Shown piece by piece: positions 35,224-45,800 of a stretch of 64,000 nt of DNA. The stretch is from IMG/VR virus record IMGVR_UViG_3300027571_000004, positions 1-64,000 of that record; one strand, given 5' to 3'. Each line of letters opens with the position of its first letter. The stretch's first letter is position 1. This DNA is from a virus. Its lineage: Duplodnaviria > Caudoviricetes. The position numbers and the translations under genes are program-made. A model generated the notes under the pieces. That model saw only the letters and a list, made by a program, of their open reading frames with translations. It was not told the origin of the DNA and ran no database searches.

Positions 35224-36609
35224 GTGACTAATATCTTCAAAGCCCATTGGAATTCAGATGGGGATAACATACGACTATCTATGCCTCTAACAAAGGTTGA
35301 CAAAGAACGTCGAATTGTTTCTGGTTTTGCATCATTAGATAACGTTGATAAGCAAGATGATATTGTAACAGCAGAAGCATCTATGGATGCATTTGCAAAG
35401 TTTCGTGGTAACATCAGAGAAATGCACCAACCATCAGCAGTAGGAAAGATGGTTTCATTTAAAGAAGATAAGTATTTTGATCCAGAATCAAAGAAGTTTT
35501 ATAAGGGTGTTTTTGTGTCTGCCTATATTTCAAAGGGAGCACAAGATGCATGGGAAAAGGTTATTGATGGAACATATACAGGATTTTCAATTGGCGGAAG
35601 AATGAACAAGTGGGATGATGCTTATGATGAGAAGTCAGATAAGTCAATTAGAGTTATTAAAGAATATGATTTGGTAGAGTTGAGTCTTGTTGATTCCCCT
35701 GCTAATCAGTTTGCAAACATTGTATCTGTTGAAAAAGTTGACGGAGTAGATGTTATTAAAGTTGACGAAACAGTTTTAGAGAATGTTTTTTATGATAAAG
35801 AATCAGGCCTTGTAATGGTTTCAGAGAATGAATCTGAAGTTAGTCCAACATCAGGTGAAGATATGGTGAATATAGGTTTCGTTGAAAAAACGGATAACGA
35901 AAAACTAAATATGATAAAGTTCTTAGTCGATAGTGCTAAAGGCATTAATACTTCTAAGATTAACAAGGAGGCAAATCCTATGGCAAAAACAACAAAAAAC
36001 GTAACAGAAGAAATCGTTGAGAAATCAGAAGTTGCAGTTGAAGCAGTAGAGATCGCTCCAGAGGCAGTTGCCGTTGCGGAAGCAACAGAAGCAGTCGAAG
36101 AAGCAGTAGCAAAGTCTGATACAGAGAAAGCAGTAATGCCATCTCATGGTAAAGATGATGCTGAAGAAGATGCAGAAGAATCAACAGAAAAGGCTGCAAA
36201 GCCAATGACTGATGAAGAAATTGCACTTGCTGAAGAGGCTGAGGCAAAGAAGCCAATGGCTCCTAAGTCAGACGAAGTTACTGCAGATGCAGATAACACT
36301 GTCGATCTTAACCAAGCCTTTAGCGATCTAGTATCAACAGTAAAATCATTGCAGGCAGAAGTAGAAATGCTTAAGTCTTCAAAGGTAGATGTTGAAGTAG
36401 CAAAAGAGTCATTTGAAGCAGTTGCAAAAGATATTGCATCAGCAACAAATACATTCAATGAATTTGGTAAGCGAGTGGAACTTGTAGAGCAAGACACTGC
36501 TTTCCGAAAGTCTGGCGATCTCGGCGAGATAGTACAGAATCAGCCTGAAACGGTTGAAAAATCCCTATGGGGCGGTAGTTTCCTCAAAACAGCCGATCTA
36601 TTCATTTAG
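35224..36609 (+). CDS. prohead maturation protease fused to an acidic scaffold domain
   Basis: RIVSGFAS, REMH, GFSIGG, ELSLVDSPAN; Glu/Ala-rich C-terminal half; GTG start 6 nt after TATAAT. Confidence 0.88.
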   Translation: MTNIFKAHWNSDGDNIRLSMPLTKVDKERRIVSGFASLDNVDKQDDIVTAEASMDAFAKFRGNIREMHQPSAVGKMVSFKEDKYFDPESKKFYKGVFVSAYISKGAQDAWEKVIDGTYTGFSIGGRMNKWDDAYDEKSDKSIRVIKEYDLVELSLVDSPANQFANIVSVEKVDGVDVIKVDETVLENVFYDKESGLVMVSENESEVSPTSGEDMVNIGFVEKTDNEKLNMIKFLVDSAKGINTSKINKEANPMAKTTKNVTEEIVEKSEVAVEAVEIAPEAVAVAEATEAVEEAVAKSDTEKAVMPSHGKDDAEEDAEESTEKAAKPMTDEEIALAEEAEAKKPMAPKSDEVTADADNTVDLNQAFSDLVSTVKSLQAEVEMLKSSKVDVEVAKESFEAVAKDIASATNTFNEFGKRVELVEQDTAFRKSGDLGEIVQNQPETVEKSLWGGSFLKTADLFI

Positions 36610-36632
36610 AAAAAATCACAGGAGGTGACAAT

Positions 36633-37781
36633 ATGTCGGAACAAAATATAGAAAAGAACCAGCCTGGAACATCAGGTCAACTTGGTGGCACAGCCCCAGG
36701 TTTGTATCAAGGACAAGGAGCATTTGCTTCAGGTTCAGATGCAGGTTCAAATGTACCAGGTAATTACACTGATGGTGGTGTATTGGGTAATATCCCAACA
36801 GCACTAGCAGGAGTAAACTCTGGTCCAAATGCAGTTAACCCTTCAGGTGAGGCTGGATCAGGTATCCTACGCCCAGAGCAAGCACGTCGTTTTATCGACT
36901 ACGTGTGGGATGCTACCATTCTCGCCCAAGATGGCCGTCGTGTTACTATGAGAGCCAATACAATGGAACTCGAAAAGGTAAACGTCGGAGAGCGTGTTAT
37001 TCGTGCAGCAGCGCAAGCAGTTGGCGATTACACAAACGCAGGTGCAACATTCTCAAAGGTTGAATTGACTACAAAGAAGATTCGTCTTGACTGGGAAGTA
37101 TCTGCAGAATCACTAGAAGATAATATCGAAGGTGCACAACTAGAAGACCACATTGTTCGTTTGATGACAAATGCTTTCGGTAATGATATCGAAGACCTTG
37201 CAATCAACGGAACAGGATCTGGTTCAGATGCATTCCTAGGAATTATGAACGGATTCGTAAACCGTGTAAAGACAGACGGAGATGCTCATGAGTCAGTTGT
37301 AACAGTCGCTAATAACGCCTGGACAACAGATGTAATGCAGGACATCATCCTTGCAATGCCACGTAAGTATCGTGCTATCAAGTCTAACTTGAAGTTCTAT
37401 GCTGGTACAGACGCATTCCAGGGAATCGTTAAGAATAACGGTACTCTAGCAGACGCAGTCGCAGAAGCATTTGCTTCTCAGGCTGGCGGTACTCCAACAA
37501 ATCGTCAAGCATATCTTGACGGTGGAGCACAGACATTCGGTGGAGCACGTACAACTCGTGTCCTAGGAATTGACGTACAAGAAGTTCCTTACTACCCTGC
37601 AGGATATGTCGACTTGACATTCCCACAGAACCGTGTATGGGGCTTCCAGCGTGATATCACTGTTAACCGTGAATACAGAGCAAAGAAGGACACTGTAGAA
37701 TATACAGTATTCGTACGCTTTGGACTTCAATGGGAAGAACAAGATGCTATCGCATTCGCTGATGCTGCAGCAGACGCATAA
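36633..37781 (+). CDS. major capsid protein (HK97 fold)
   Basis: GILRPEQARRFID, ESLEDNIEG, DIEDLAING; GGAGG RBS; strongly biased codons; followed by a terminator. Confidence 0.9.
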   Translation: MSEQNIEKNQPGTSGQLGGTAPGLYQGQGAFASGSDAGSNVPGNYTDGGVLGNIPTALAGVNSGPNAVNPSGEAGSGILRPEQARRFIDYVWDATILAQDGRRVTMRANTMELEKVNVGERVIRAAAQAVGDYTNAGATFSKVELTTKKIRLDWEVSAESLEDNIEGAQLEDHIVRLMTNAFGNDIEDLAINGTGSGSDAFLGIMNGFVNRVKTDGDAHESVVTVANNAWTTDVMQDIILAMPRKYRAIKSNLKFYAGTDAFQGIVKNNGTLADAVAEAFASQAGGTPTNRQAYLDGGAQTFGGARTTRVLGIDVQEVPYYPAGYVDLTFPQNRVWGFQRDITVNREYRAKKDTVEYTVFVRFGLQWEEQDAIAFADAAADA

Positions 37782-37802
37782 TCTGTAAACAGTAAATTTT
37801 AG

Positions 37803-37838
37803 GGGGAGTAGGAGTTAGTTCTCCTGCTCCCCTTATTA
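37803..37838 (+). terminator. intrinsic terminator after the capsid gene
   Basis: ggggagtaggag/ctcctgctcccc stem. Confidence 0.7.
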
Positions 37839-37873
37839 ACTTATAATGATATAATACTATTTAGGAGGAAATA

Positions 37874-38329
37874 ATGGAAAATATAAATGAAAATCCAGCA
37901 ACAGAGCCAGAAGTATTTGAGACTCCAGTAATTGTTGAAGAGCCAATTGTTGAACAATGGCATCCACCAGTTTTTGAAGAACCAGTACACGTAGAGCCTG
38001 CAGTGGAAGAAGTTCCTGTTGAAGCACCAGCAGAAGTCATTCATGCACCAGCATATCCAACAGAGCCAGAAGTTCAGGCTTTAGGAAATGTAAACGGAGC
38101 AATTGGTGTAACAACTGCACCAGTAACAAGAAAGATTTCTTCAAAGAAGTCAACAGAGCCAAAAGAAACAGTTGCACTTAGATCTACAAAAAATGTAACT
38201 TGGCCAGGAGTAGGCAAGATCTACAACGGTATCAATATTGTTGAAAAAGATGCTGCTGATCAGTGGCTAACTCGTTCACATGTTACGCTTGCAACACCAG
38301 AAGAAGTTGCCAAGGAATTTGGTAAGTAA
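37874..38329 (+). CDS. Glu/Pro/Val-rich head-associated protein
   Basis: ORF track; own promoter and AGGAGG RBS. Confidence 0.65.
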   Translation: MENINENPATEPEVFETPVIVEEPIVEQWHPPVFEEPVHVEPAVEEVPVEAPAEVIHAPAYPTEPEVQALGNVNGAIGVTTAPVTRKISSKKSTEPKETVALRSTKNVTWPGVGKIYNGINIVEKDAADQWLTRSHVTLATPEEVAKEFGK

Positions 38330-38332
38330 TTC

Positions 38333-39250
38333 ATGGAAATATTGAGGGTTCCGCCATACGAAACAATTGCAGTAAATTTTGTTGTCCCAGCAGGGTACAT
38401 CAATGTAGACATCTATGCAAGAGTTACGGACATGGCGGATCTTTCAATCCAGGATATAGAGTTTTTAGATTCATCTACAGGAGATGATTTAGAAATTTCT
38501 CTTCCTGGAAGATACGACAATAACTACAGAGTAGAACTTTTTAAAATTGTTAGCGGTACAGAAGTTTTAATCTACGAAGAGTTTTATGAATTAATAAGAC
38601 CATATGTAGATCCAAATACATTAGGAACAACAGCATCAGAAATTGCTGAGTACACAACTCTAGAACTAGTAGCAAGATCAATCATTGACACCTTTGCTAC
38701 AGATGGATTTTATAATAAAAAAATTACTTTAGTTGAAACTGGTAACGGTTCCGACTACCTTCATTTATGGAACAAGGCTTACAGAGTTTTTAAAGTATAC
38801 GAGAATAACGAACTAGTCTATGACAGATCGACTCCAGATACAAATAAATATGATTACGCAATAACATCAGACAAGACTGCAATACAGAAAACCTATGCTG
38901 GACAATTCAACAGGTCTGAATCTACTGGACCAAATCTTATTTCTGCAAGAGGAGACCTTGGAGAATATGGTTATGGAGGGGCTTCTTTCCCTCAAGGACA
39001 TGATTACAAAATTGTTGTTGATCAGGGATATCTCACAGTTCCAGCAGACATTGAATATGCCTCAAAACTTTTGATTGAAGATTTAAAGTGTGGCAAGTTG
39101 GATTACTATAAGAGATACGTAACTGCATACAACACAGATCAATTTAGAATTCAATTTGATAAGACTATGTTTAACGGTACTGGTAACTTCTTGGTAGATA
39201 AGATACTGGAGAAGTATGTTAAGACCATTGTCAAGCCAGGGATAATTTAA
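38333..39250 (+). CDS. head-tail adaptor (putative)
   Basis: Position; AR.IID...GY..VPADI..A...LI pattern. Confidence 0.6.
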   Translation: MEILRVPPYETIAVNFVVPAGYINVDIYARVTDMADLSIQDIEFLDSSTGDDLEISLPGRYDNNYRVELFKIVSGTEVLIYEEFYELIRPYVDPNTLGTTASEIAEYTTLELVARSIIDTFATDGFYNKKITLVETGNGSDYLHLWNKAYRVFKVYENNELVYDRSTPDTNKYDYAITSDKTAIQKTYAGQFNRSESTGPNLISARGDLGEYGYGGASFPQGHDYKIVVDQGYLTVPADIEYASKLLIEDLKCGKLDYYKRYVTAYNTDQFRIQFDKTMFNGTGNFLVDKILEKYVKTIVKPGII

Positions 39251-39696
39251 TGATATGCGAATCAACAGACTTTATTTTCCCAATGCAAGCGGATATATTC
39301 TATCCTATAGTTGAGCAAGGCGCATACGGAGATTTAAAAAAGACTTGGATTATTGATAGAACTATTGCCTGTAATTTTTCACATGCAGGCTCTGCAACAA
39401 AAGAAGAAGTCACCCCCAATGTAAACATAACACAAGAAAATCTTTTAATAGGTAGATCAAAAACTGATGTAAGAATTTCTAGTTTAGACTCAAAGAACTC
39501 AGTAACTAATATCGTTATAAGCAATATAAAAGATAAGTCTGGCAATCAGGTTTATATAGAAACCGCTGGAATCAGATCTGGCAAAGCAACCCTTTTTGAG
39601 ATAGCATCCGTACAACCATTTCTTGGTCCATTTGGCAATGTTGAATATTACAATGTTCTTATACGTCGTTCTGAAAATCAGGCGGTAGACCTATGA
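39250..39696 (+). CDS. head closure protein (putative)
   Basis: Position and size; GAYG....W motif. Confidence 0.55.
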   Translation: MICESTDFIFPMQADIFYPIVEQGAYGDLKKTWIIDRTIACNFSHAGSATKEEVTPNVNITQENLLIGRSKTDVRISSLDSKNSVTNIVISNIKDKSGNQVYIETAGIRSGKATLFEIASVQPFLGPFGNVEYYNVLIRRSENQAVDL

Positions 39697-40367
39697 TATC
39701 CTTAAAATTTGATAGCAAAATGTTTAAGAAGGAAATGGACAATATAATGGAGTACTCTGTTGGATTTGTTGATGGGTTTGTAAGTGGAAGAAAAGAGTTT
39801 TTAAATAATCTTGGACCAGAAGTTGCAGAATTAGCCTCACAGTTTATTGATACTAATGCAAGAGTAAGCCCTGCTACACTGCACCATGTTTATGAATGGA
39901 CAAAGGTTGGAAGCCCAGGAGCAAGATTGTTTGATATTAAATACTCAATAAACTCTTCTGGTTTATCTTTTAACTCTAGTTTTAAACAGTCTGATAGCAT
40001 TAAGCAGGGGTCTAGCGTTCCTTTCTATAACAAAGCACAGATCATGGAAAGTGGAACAGCCGTGACCATCTCTCCAAAAGAAGGACAGTCTTTGGTGTTT
40101 GAAGTTAATGGAGAAACAATTTTTACAAAGGGTTCTGTGGTTGTAGAAAACCCAGGGGGAGACGTTCAAGGTCAATACTCAGATGTATTCGATGTATTCT
40201 TTAGTAGATATTTTTCTCAAGCATTTTTAAAGACTAGCGGACTATATCAATACTTTAATAACCCAGTAGTATATAAAGCAAACCTTCGTAAAGGTAAAAG
40301 ATCTGGTAGAAGTGCTGGACTTTCCACGGGATACAAGTGGGTTGCAGGAGCAAGGATAGGTGCATAA
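39693..40367 (+). CDS. neck/tail completion protein (putative)
   Basis: Position in the siphovirus neck module. Confidence 0.5.
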   Translation: MISLKFDSKMFKKEMDNIMEYSVGFVDGFVSGRKEFLNNLGPEVAELASQFIDTNARVSPATLHHVYEWTKVGSPGARLFDIKYSINSSGLSFNSSFKQSDSIKQGSSVPFYNKAQIMESGTAVTISPKEGQSLVFEVNGETIFTKGSVVVENPGGDVQGQYSDVFDVFFSRYFSQAFLKTSGLYQYFNNPVVYKANLRKGKRSGRSAGLSTGYKWVAGARIGA

Positions 40368-40996
40368 TGGCTAATGACTCAACACTAAATACCCCAGTTA
40401 TCTGGATCAACAAATACCTTCAGCATAAGATTGCTGAACTAACTAGTAATCAAGATACAGACCTAACTAAGGGTTTTGGTATTCCTATTTTCCCGTCAAG
40501 CCCATCAACGATAGACGATCTAACAGAAACCTTTATTAAGATTAATGGAGAGAACTATTCGTATTCAGGTATCGCAGCCTACTGGGATAGACTTGCCAAG
40601 ATGAACAAGTCTGGATTCCCACATATTAAGTGTGAGCAGATACTATATTATTTTTATTCAACACAAGAAAATGTAATTGAAAAACTAGTCAGAACTCAGG
40701 AGGCCGTCCTTAGACTTATGGATCGAGGAGATGAAACGGCTGAGGAAATAAACGACTGGTGTAAACACAGACAGGTAAACCTTGGAGGAGAACTCGTAGA
40801 CAATATGTTCTATTTCCATAACTTCAAGGTGTACCAACTAGAGGAGACCAGAGACATTATTGACTTTGGCTCAGCCCGTACCTATGGTGGCAACAAATTT
40901 ATCATTGACTACGATTATCATCAAATGCCAGAATTAACCAATAATGCCTGGCAGCCAGAAGTTCGTCCAGCAGGACAAGATAAATATATAGTTTAA
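40367..40996 (+). CDS. tail terminator (putative)
   Basis: Position before the tail tube; TAATG-coupled start reset. Confidence 0.5.
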   Translation: MANDSTLNTPVIWINKYLQHKIAELTSNQDTDLTKGFGIPIFPSSPSTIDDLTETFIKINGENYSYSGIAAYWDRLAKMNKSGFPHIKCEQILYYFYSTQENVIEKLVRTQEAVLRLMDRGDETAEEINDWCKHRQVNLGGELVDNMFYFHNFKVYQLEETRDIIDFGSARTYGGNKFIIDYDYHQMPELTNNAWQPEVRPAGQDKYIV

Positions 40997-41062
40997 AAGG
41001 GATGTTATAATTATCATGAGGAAACAAGCCCTTTAATCTAAAAGAAAAAAGAGGTGAAATAC

Positions 41063-41692
41063 ATGGCATATACACGTGGTAGTTCAAACGATATTATCGT
41101 TGGAGCAGCAGCACTCTTCACATACGAAGCAGGCGCACTTGCAGACGCAGATCTTCCAGCATACGTATCAGGAACTTCATACAAGGAGACACTTGCAGCA
41201 CCTGCAAACTCCGATGAATTCCGCAATGTTGGATACACAATGAATGGTTTGGAAATACAATTCCAACCAGATTTCGGCGAAGTAGCAGTAGACCAGGTAC
41301 TTGACGTTGCTAAGTTATTTAAGCAAGGCATGCAAGTAAATCTGAATACTACATTCGCAGAATCAACACTAGAGAACCTTCTATTTGCATTAGCAGGTAA
41401 AGATTCATCTATGACTACAGTATCAGGAAACCCAACACTTAATCTTTCAGCAGGAGACATCGGAGATGTTCCAGTCGAGCGCGGTTTGGTTGCAGTTGGT
41501 CCAGGAACTGGAGACGCTTCAGAAAATATTGAGCGCGTCTACGTTGCATACCGTGCACTTTCAATCGAAAGCGTATCAGTATCAGCAAAGAGAGACGAAG
41601 CGACAATGTTCGAAGTATCATTCCGTCTTCTTCCAAATGATAATGCATCATACGGTAAGATCGTAGATCGTACTGTTGGCGTAGCATCATAA
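41063..41692 (+). CDS. major tail tube protein
   Basis: IIVGAA, VGYT..G, VDQ, AE.TLENL; GAGGTG RBS; followed by a terminator. Confidence 0.85.
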   Translation: MAYTRGSSNDIIVGAAALFTYEAGALADADLPAYVSGTSYKETLAAPANSDEFRNVGYTMNGLEIQFQPDFGEVAVDQVLDVAKLFKQGMQVNLNTTFAESTLENLLFALAGKDSSMTTVSGNPTLNLSAGDIGDVPVERGLVAVGPGTGDASENIERVYVAYRALSIESVSVSAKRDEATMFEVSFRLLPNDNASYGKIVDRTVGVAS

Positions 41693-41714
41693 TACAACTT
41701 AATATATACAGTTT

Positions 41715-41745
41715 GACCCAGACCCTAAAAAGTCTGGGTCTTTCT
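41715..41745 (+). terminator. intrinsic terminator after the tail tube gene
   Basis: gacccagac/gtctgggtc stem plus tttct. Confidence 0.75.
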
Positions 41746-41759
41746 GTTATACTATATGT

Positions 41760-42449
41760 ATGGCAACAACTGTTTATAAAACTGGATTAATCACATTAAT
41801 GGATGGGACAGAGTTAGAACTGTCTCCTCTTAAAATTAAACATCTAAGATATTTTATGGATAAATTTGAAAATGTTAAATCCGCACAAGACGACATAGAG
41901 GCAATAGAAGCCTTGTCTGATTGTGCACAAATTTGTATGAAACAGTTTAAGCCAGAGATCGCTATTTCAAAAGAAATATTTGAAGAGTACGTTGATATAA
42001 AAACTGTATACGCAATTCTTGACATTACTGCTGGTATTAAGATTGATAAAGAATCAGAAGAACCAGTAAAAAAGCAAGCAGTGGATTCAGGTTCAACATG
42101 GGAAACCTTAGACTTAGCAACATTAGAGTCTGAGGTTTTTTTGCTCGGCATCTGGAAAGACTATGAAGAACTTGAACTATCCTTATCTATGTCAGAATTA
42201 ACGGCTACATTAAACATAAGTCGTGACTTAGACTATCAAGGAAAGAAATTTATGGCAGCAATTCAAGGTGTTGACCTAGATAAGCAAAGCGGTAGAGATC
42301 AAGGAAATGCCTGGGAAGAAATGAAAGCAAGGGTATATTCTAAGGGTCAGGCAAGTAACGCAAAAGACATACTCGCACTACAAGGCGCAAACGCAGCAAA
42401 GGCTGGATTCGGTATTGGTATGGGATTATCATACGAAAAGATTGAATAA
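41760..42449 (+). CDS. tail assembly chaperone, long (GT-like) form
   Basis: Between tube and tape measure; N-terminal ~95 aa homologous to the next gene. Confidence 0.7.
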   Translation: MATTVYKTGLITLMDGTELELSPLKIKHLRYFMDKFENVKSAQDDIEAIEALSDCAQICMKQFKPEIAISKEIFEEYVDIKTVYAILDITAGIKIDKESEEPVKKQAVDSGSTWETLDLATLESEVFLLGIWKDYEELELSLSMSELTATLNISRDLDYQGKKFMAAIQGVDLDKQSGRDQGNAWEEMKARVYSKGQASNAKDILALQGANAAKAGFGIGMGLSYEKIE

Positions 42450-42498
42450 AAATAAGCCTGTTTGTGGTATAATTAACTAACCTACATTGGAGGAACAA

Positions 42499-42816
42499 AT
42501 GACAGACCAGAATAACAGCATCCACCTTATGGATGAAACAGAAATAAAGATCAGACCGCTAAAGATATCTCTACTAAAGCCATTCCTAAAAGAATTTAAA
42601 AGCCTAGAGAAGGTTGCGGATAATGATGAAAAATCTATGGACGTTTTGCTTAACTGTGTTCAAATTGCACTTAAGCAGTATGCTCCAGAATTAGCAGAGG
42701 ACAGAGCAAAGATTGAGGACAGTATTGACCTTCCTACAATCTACAAGATTATTGACGTTGCTTCAGGTATTAACTTAACTGACACAGCATCACTTCTTGG
42801 TTCAGTCCCAAAGTAA
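42499..42816 (+). CDS. tail assembly chaperone, short (G-like) form
   Basis: LMDETEIKIRPLKI... paralogous to the preceding gene; GGAGG RBS; start reset. Confidence 0.7.
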   Translation: MTDQNNSIHLMDETEIKIRPLKISLLKPFLKEFKSLEKVADNDEKSMDVLLNCVQIALKQYAPELAEDRAKIEDSIDLPTIYKIIDVASGINLTDTASLLGSVPK

Positions 42817-42829
42817 GAGGGTGTTATGA

Positions 42830-45800
42830 TTGTCTGACGTAAATGCTAATATAGGTATTAATTTTGATACCCAGCAAGCACTTGCATCTTTACGTCAGTT
42901 ACAGGCGGGACTTAGCCGTTTCAATCAATCCCTAACACAGGGGAATATCGCTGCTGAGAATGCACAAAAGGGTTTAAATGCCCAATTGATGCAGTCTATC
43001 AATGCCACTGGAAAGTTTGTAGCATCTCAAAAAGTTGTTGCAGGCAGTACATCAGCATTTACAACAGCCTTAGAAAAGAATCAACTCTCTATGGGAGAGT
43101 ACTTTAGATTTACTGCAGCAGCAGCGACAGCAAACACTAAAGTCTTTTCTAAGATGTTTGCTCATGAACGAGACATATTTAATCGTGCTCGTAAGGATAG
43201 AGTAAAGTCTTTACAGACTCAATACATACAATTAACTAGCGCCAATGGTGAACTAGTAAAGGTTCTTCAGGTAGTTCCAAAGCACCTTCAGATGGTCAAT
43301 GGCAAGTATGCAGACTATGCTACAAGAACTCAGATGGCTGCACAAAGACAACAGATGATGAATCAGTTGCTCAAGCAAGGTTCGACTCAACTTCTAAACT
43401 TTGGTAAGAATACTCAATGGGCAGGTCGCCAGTTGATGGTTGGTCTTACAGTCCCTCTCACAATGCTTGGAGGATTTGCCTCTAAGGTTTTCAGGGAGAT
43501 GGAACAGTCAGTAATCGCATTCACAAGAGTTTATGGAGACATGACTACAAGTGGAGATGCAACTAATAAAGCAATTGCAGACATCCAAAGACTTGCAAAA
43601 GAATTTACAAAGTATGGAATCGCAGCAAAAGATACTATAGAGATGGCTGCCAAAGCAGCAGCAATGGGTTTAACTGGAAACGATTTAAATGCACAAGTAA
43701 TATCAGCAACAAGGCTTGCTGTTCTTGGTCAAGTGGAACAACAACAAGCACTCGAAACAACTATTTCTCTTCAAAACGCTTTTGGAATTTCTTCAGAACA
43801 ACTTGCAGAAAAGATTAACTTTCTTAACGCAGTAGAAAACCAGACAGTACTTTCTATTGAAGACTTAACTATTGCAGTTCCAAAGGCTGGACCAGTTATA
43901 AAGCAACTAGGTGGATCTGTAGAAGATCTTGCATTCTTTATGACTGCAATGAAGGAAGGTGGAATCAACGCATCAGAAGGTGCTAACGCACTTAAGTCTG
44001 GTCTTGCTTCTATGATTAATCCTTCTAAGAAGGCAGCAGGATTCCTTGCAGATCTTGGTATCAACATAAAGGGTCTTGTTGAAGCAAACGCTGGAAACCT
44101 TAAAGGAACAGTCATTGGTTTTGCAAAAGCACTTGACACACTAGATCCACTAAATAGAGCAAGAGCAATTGAACAAATGTTTGGTAAGTTCCAATTTGCT
44201 CGTCTATCAACATTATTTCAAAACGTAACAAAAGATAGTTCTCAGGCTGCTAGAGCACTTGGACTTGCTGGAGCATCAGTTGAAGAATTAGCAATCTTAT
44301 CTGAGAGAGAACTTGGAAAAGTAGAAGATGCTGTTGGAGTTAAATTCCAAAAAAGTATTGAACAATTAAAATTAGAACTCATTCCAATTGGAAAGACATT
44401 CCTACAAGCGCTAACACCAGTAGTTGAATTTCTTGGTAAGATTTTAGCGAAGTTTAATAACTTTAGCGATGGAACTAAAAAGGCTTTTGCAATTATTATT
44501 GGAGTTGTAGGGGGACTTGCCCCAGTTGCACTGATGACATTTGGTCTATTCATGAACGCTATTGCAAACGGCATTAAGTTATTTGCTGCCCTTCGTAGTG
44601 GAATGGCAAAACTAAATGGTCAGAACAATGTACTAGGTGGAGGATTTGATTACCTTACACAACAAGAGATTGAACAACTAGCACAGACTAACGCCCTTCA
44701 CACATCTCACCAACAATTAATTAGCACATTTAATGTGGAGTCTGGAGCAGTTAATGCTCTTGCTGCAGCCTATGCAAATGCAGCAAGCCAAGCAAGAACT
44801 CTTGCAGCATCATCACCAGGATTATTTAATACAGTTCCAGGACCAGTAGGCGCAGTTGCAGGTTTACCACCTGTTCAAAAGTTTGCAAAAGGCGGAGTTG
44901 TTCCAGGTACAGGAAATAAAGACACCGTACCTTCAATGCTTACTCCTGGAGAAGTTGTACTAACTACAGATACTGTAAAAAAGAATCCAGAACTTGTTGC
45001 AGCACTTCTTACTGGCACTGTAAAGAAGTATGGTACAAGTACTCAGTCTGAAGGTGGAGGAATGAAGCCTCCTAAACTAGGCATAGCAAGTGTTACAGAA
45101 ATGATGTCTATGGGTATAGATGATTTTGCAGCAGAGATTGGAAAACTTGGAAAAGGTGCTTCTCAAGCAACAGCCATTGCAGAAGTTAAGTTAGAATTAA
45201 CTAAAGCGACAGACCGTGCAGGAGAAGATATGGCAAATGCAATTAAAAGAATGCTTGCAGAAGCAGCACAGTCTGTTGAAAAGGTATCTGCTGATTGGGT
45301 AAAAAATAGAGCAAAAGATATTAATCCAGAAACTGGGGAACAGTGGAGAGCGCCATATGCAAATACATCTTCAACACCATGGCAGCCAAGTGATCCAGCA
45401 AGAGCACAAGTAGAACCAGGCGGTAGATATGTTGCTGCTCACATGGAAGCACCAAAGCCAAAGATTACAGACAAAGCCGAGTTAGAACGTCTTGCAGTTC
45501 TTGCTGGAAAATCAGGCCTAGGCGAAGCCCTTGCTCTCGCAGCAAAACATGGTGGCTCTGCAACACCAATGGGCAGTTTTACAGCGATGCTTCCAGAAGA
45601 AGCAAACAAAACAACTGCTTTAAATTTGTCTGACCCTAACGATGTAGCGATCCACTCTCAACTTGCAGCAAGAAGAGGGTTAGCGCCAGCACAATTTTCT
45701 GGTGACGATGCAAAAGTATTTGAAATGCCTAAGTCTGGAATACAGGATTTATTTAGTGGAGAAGATGCAGGTAAGTCTCTTTCTCCAGTAATGAGAGAAA

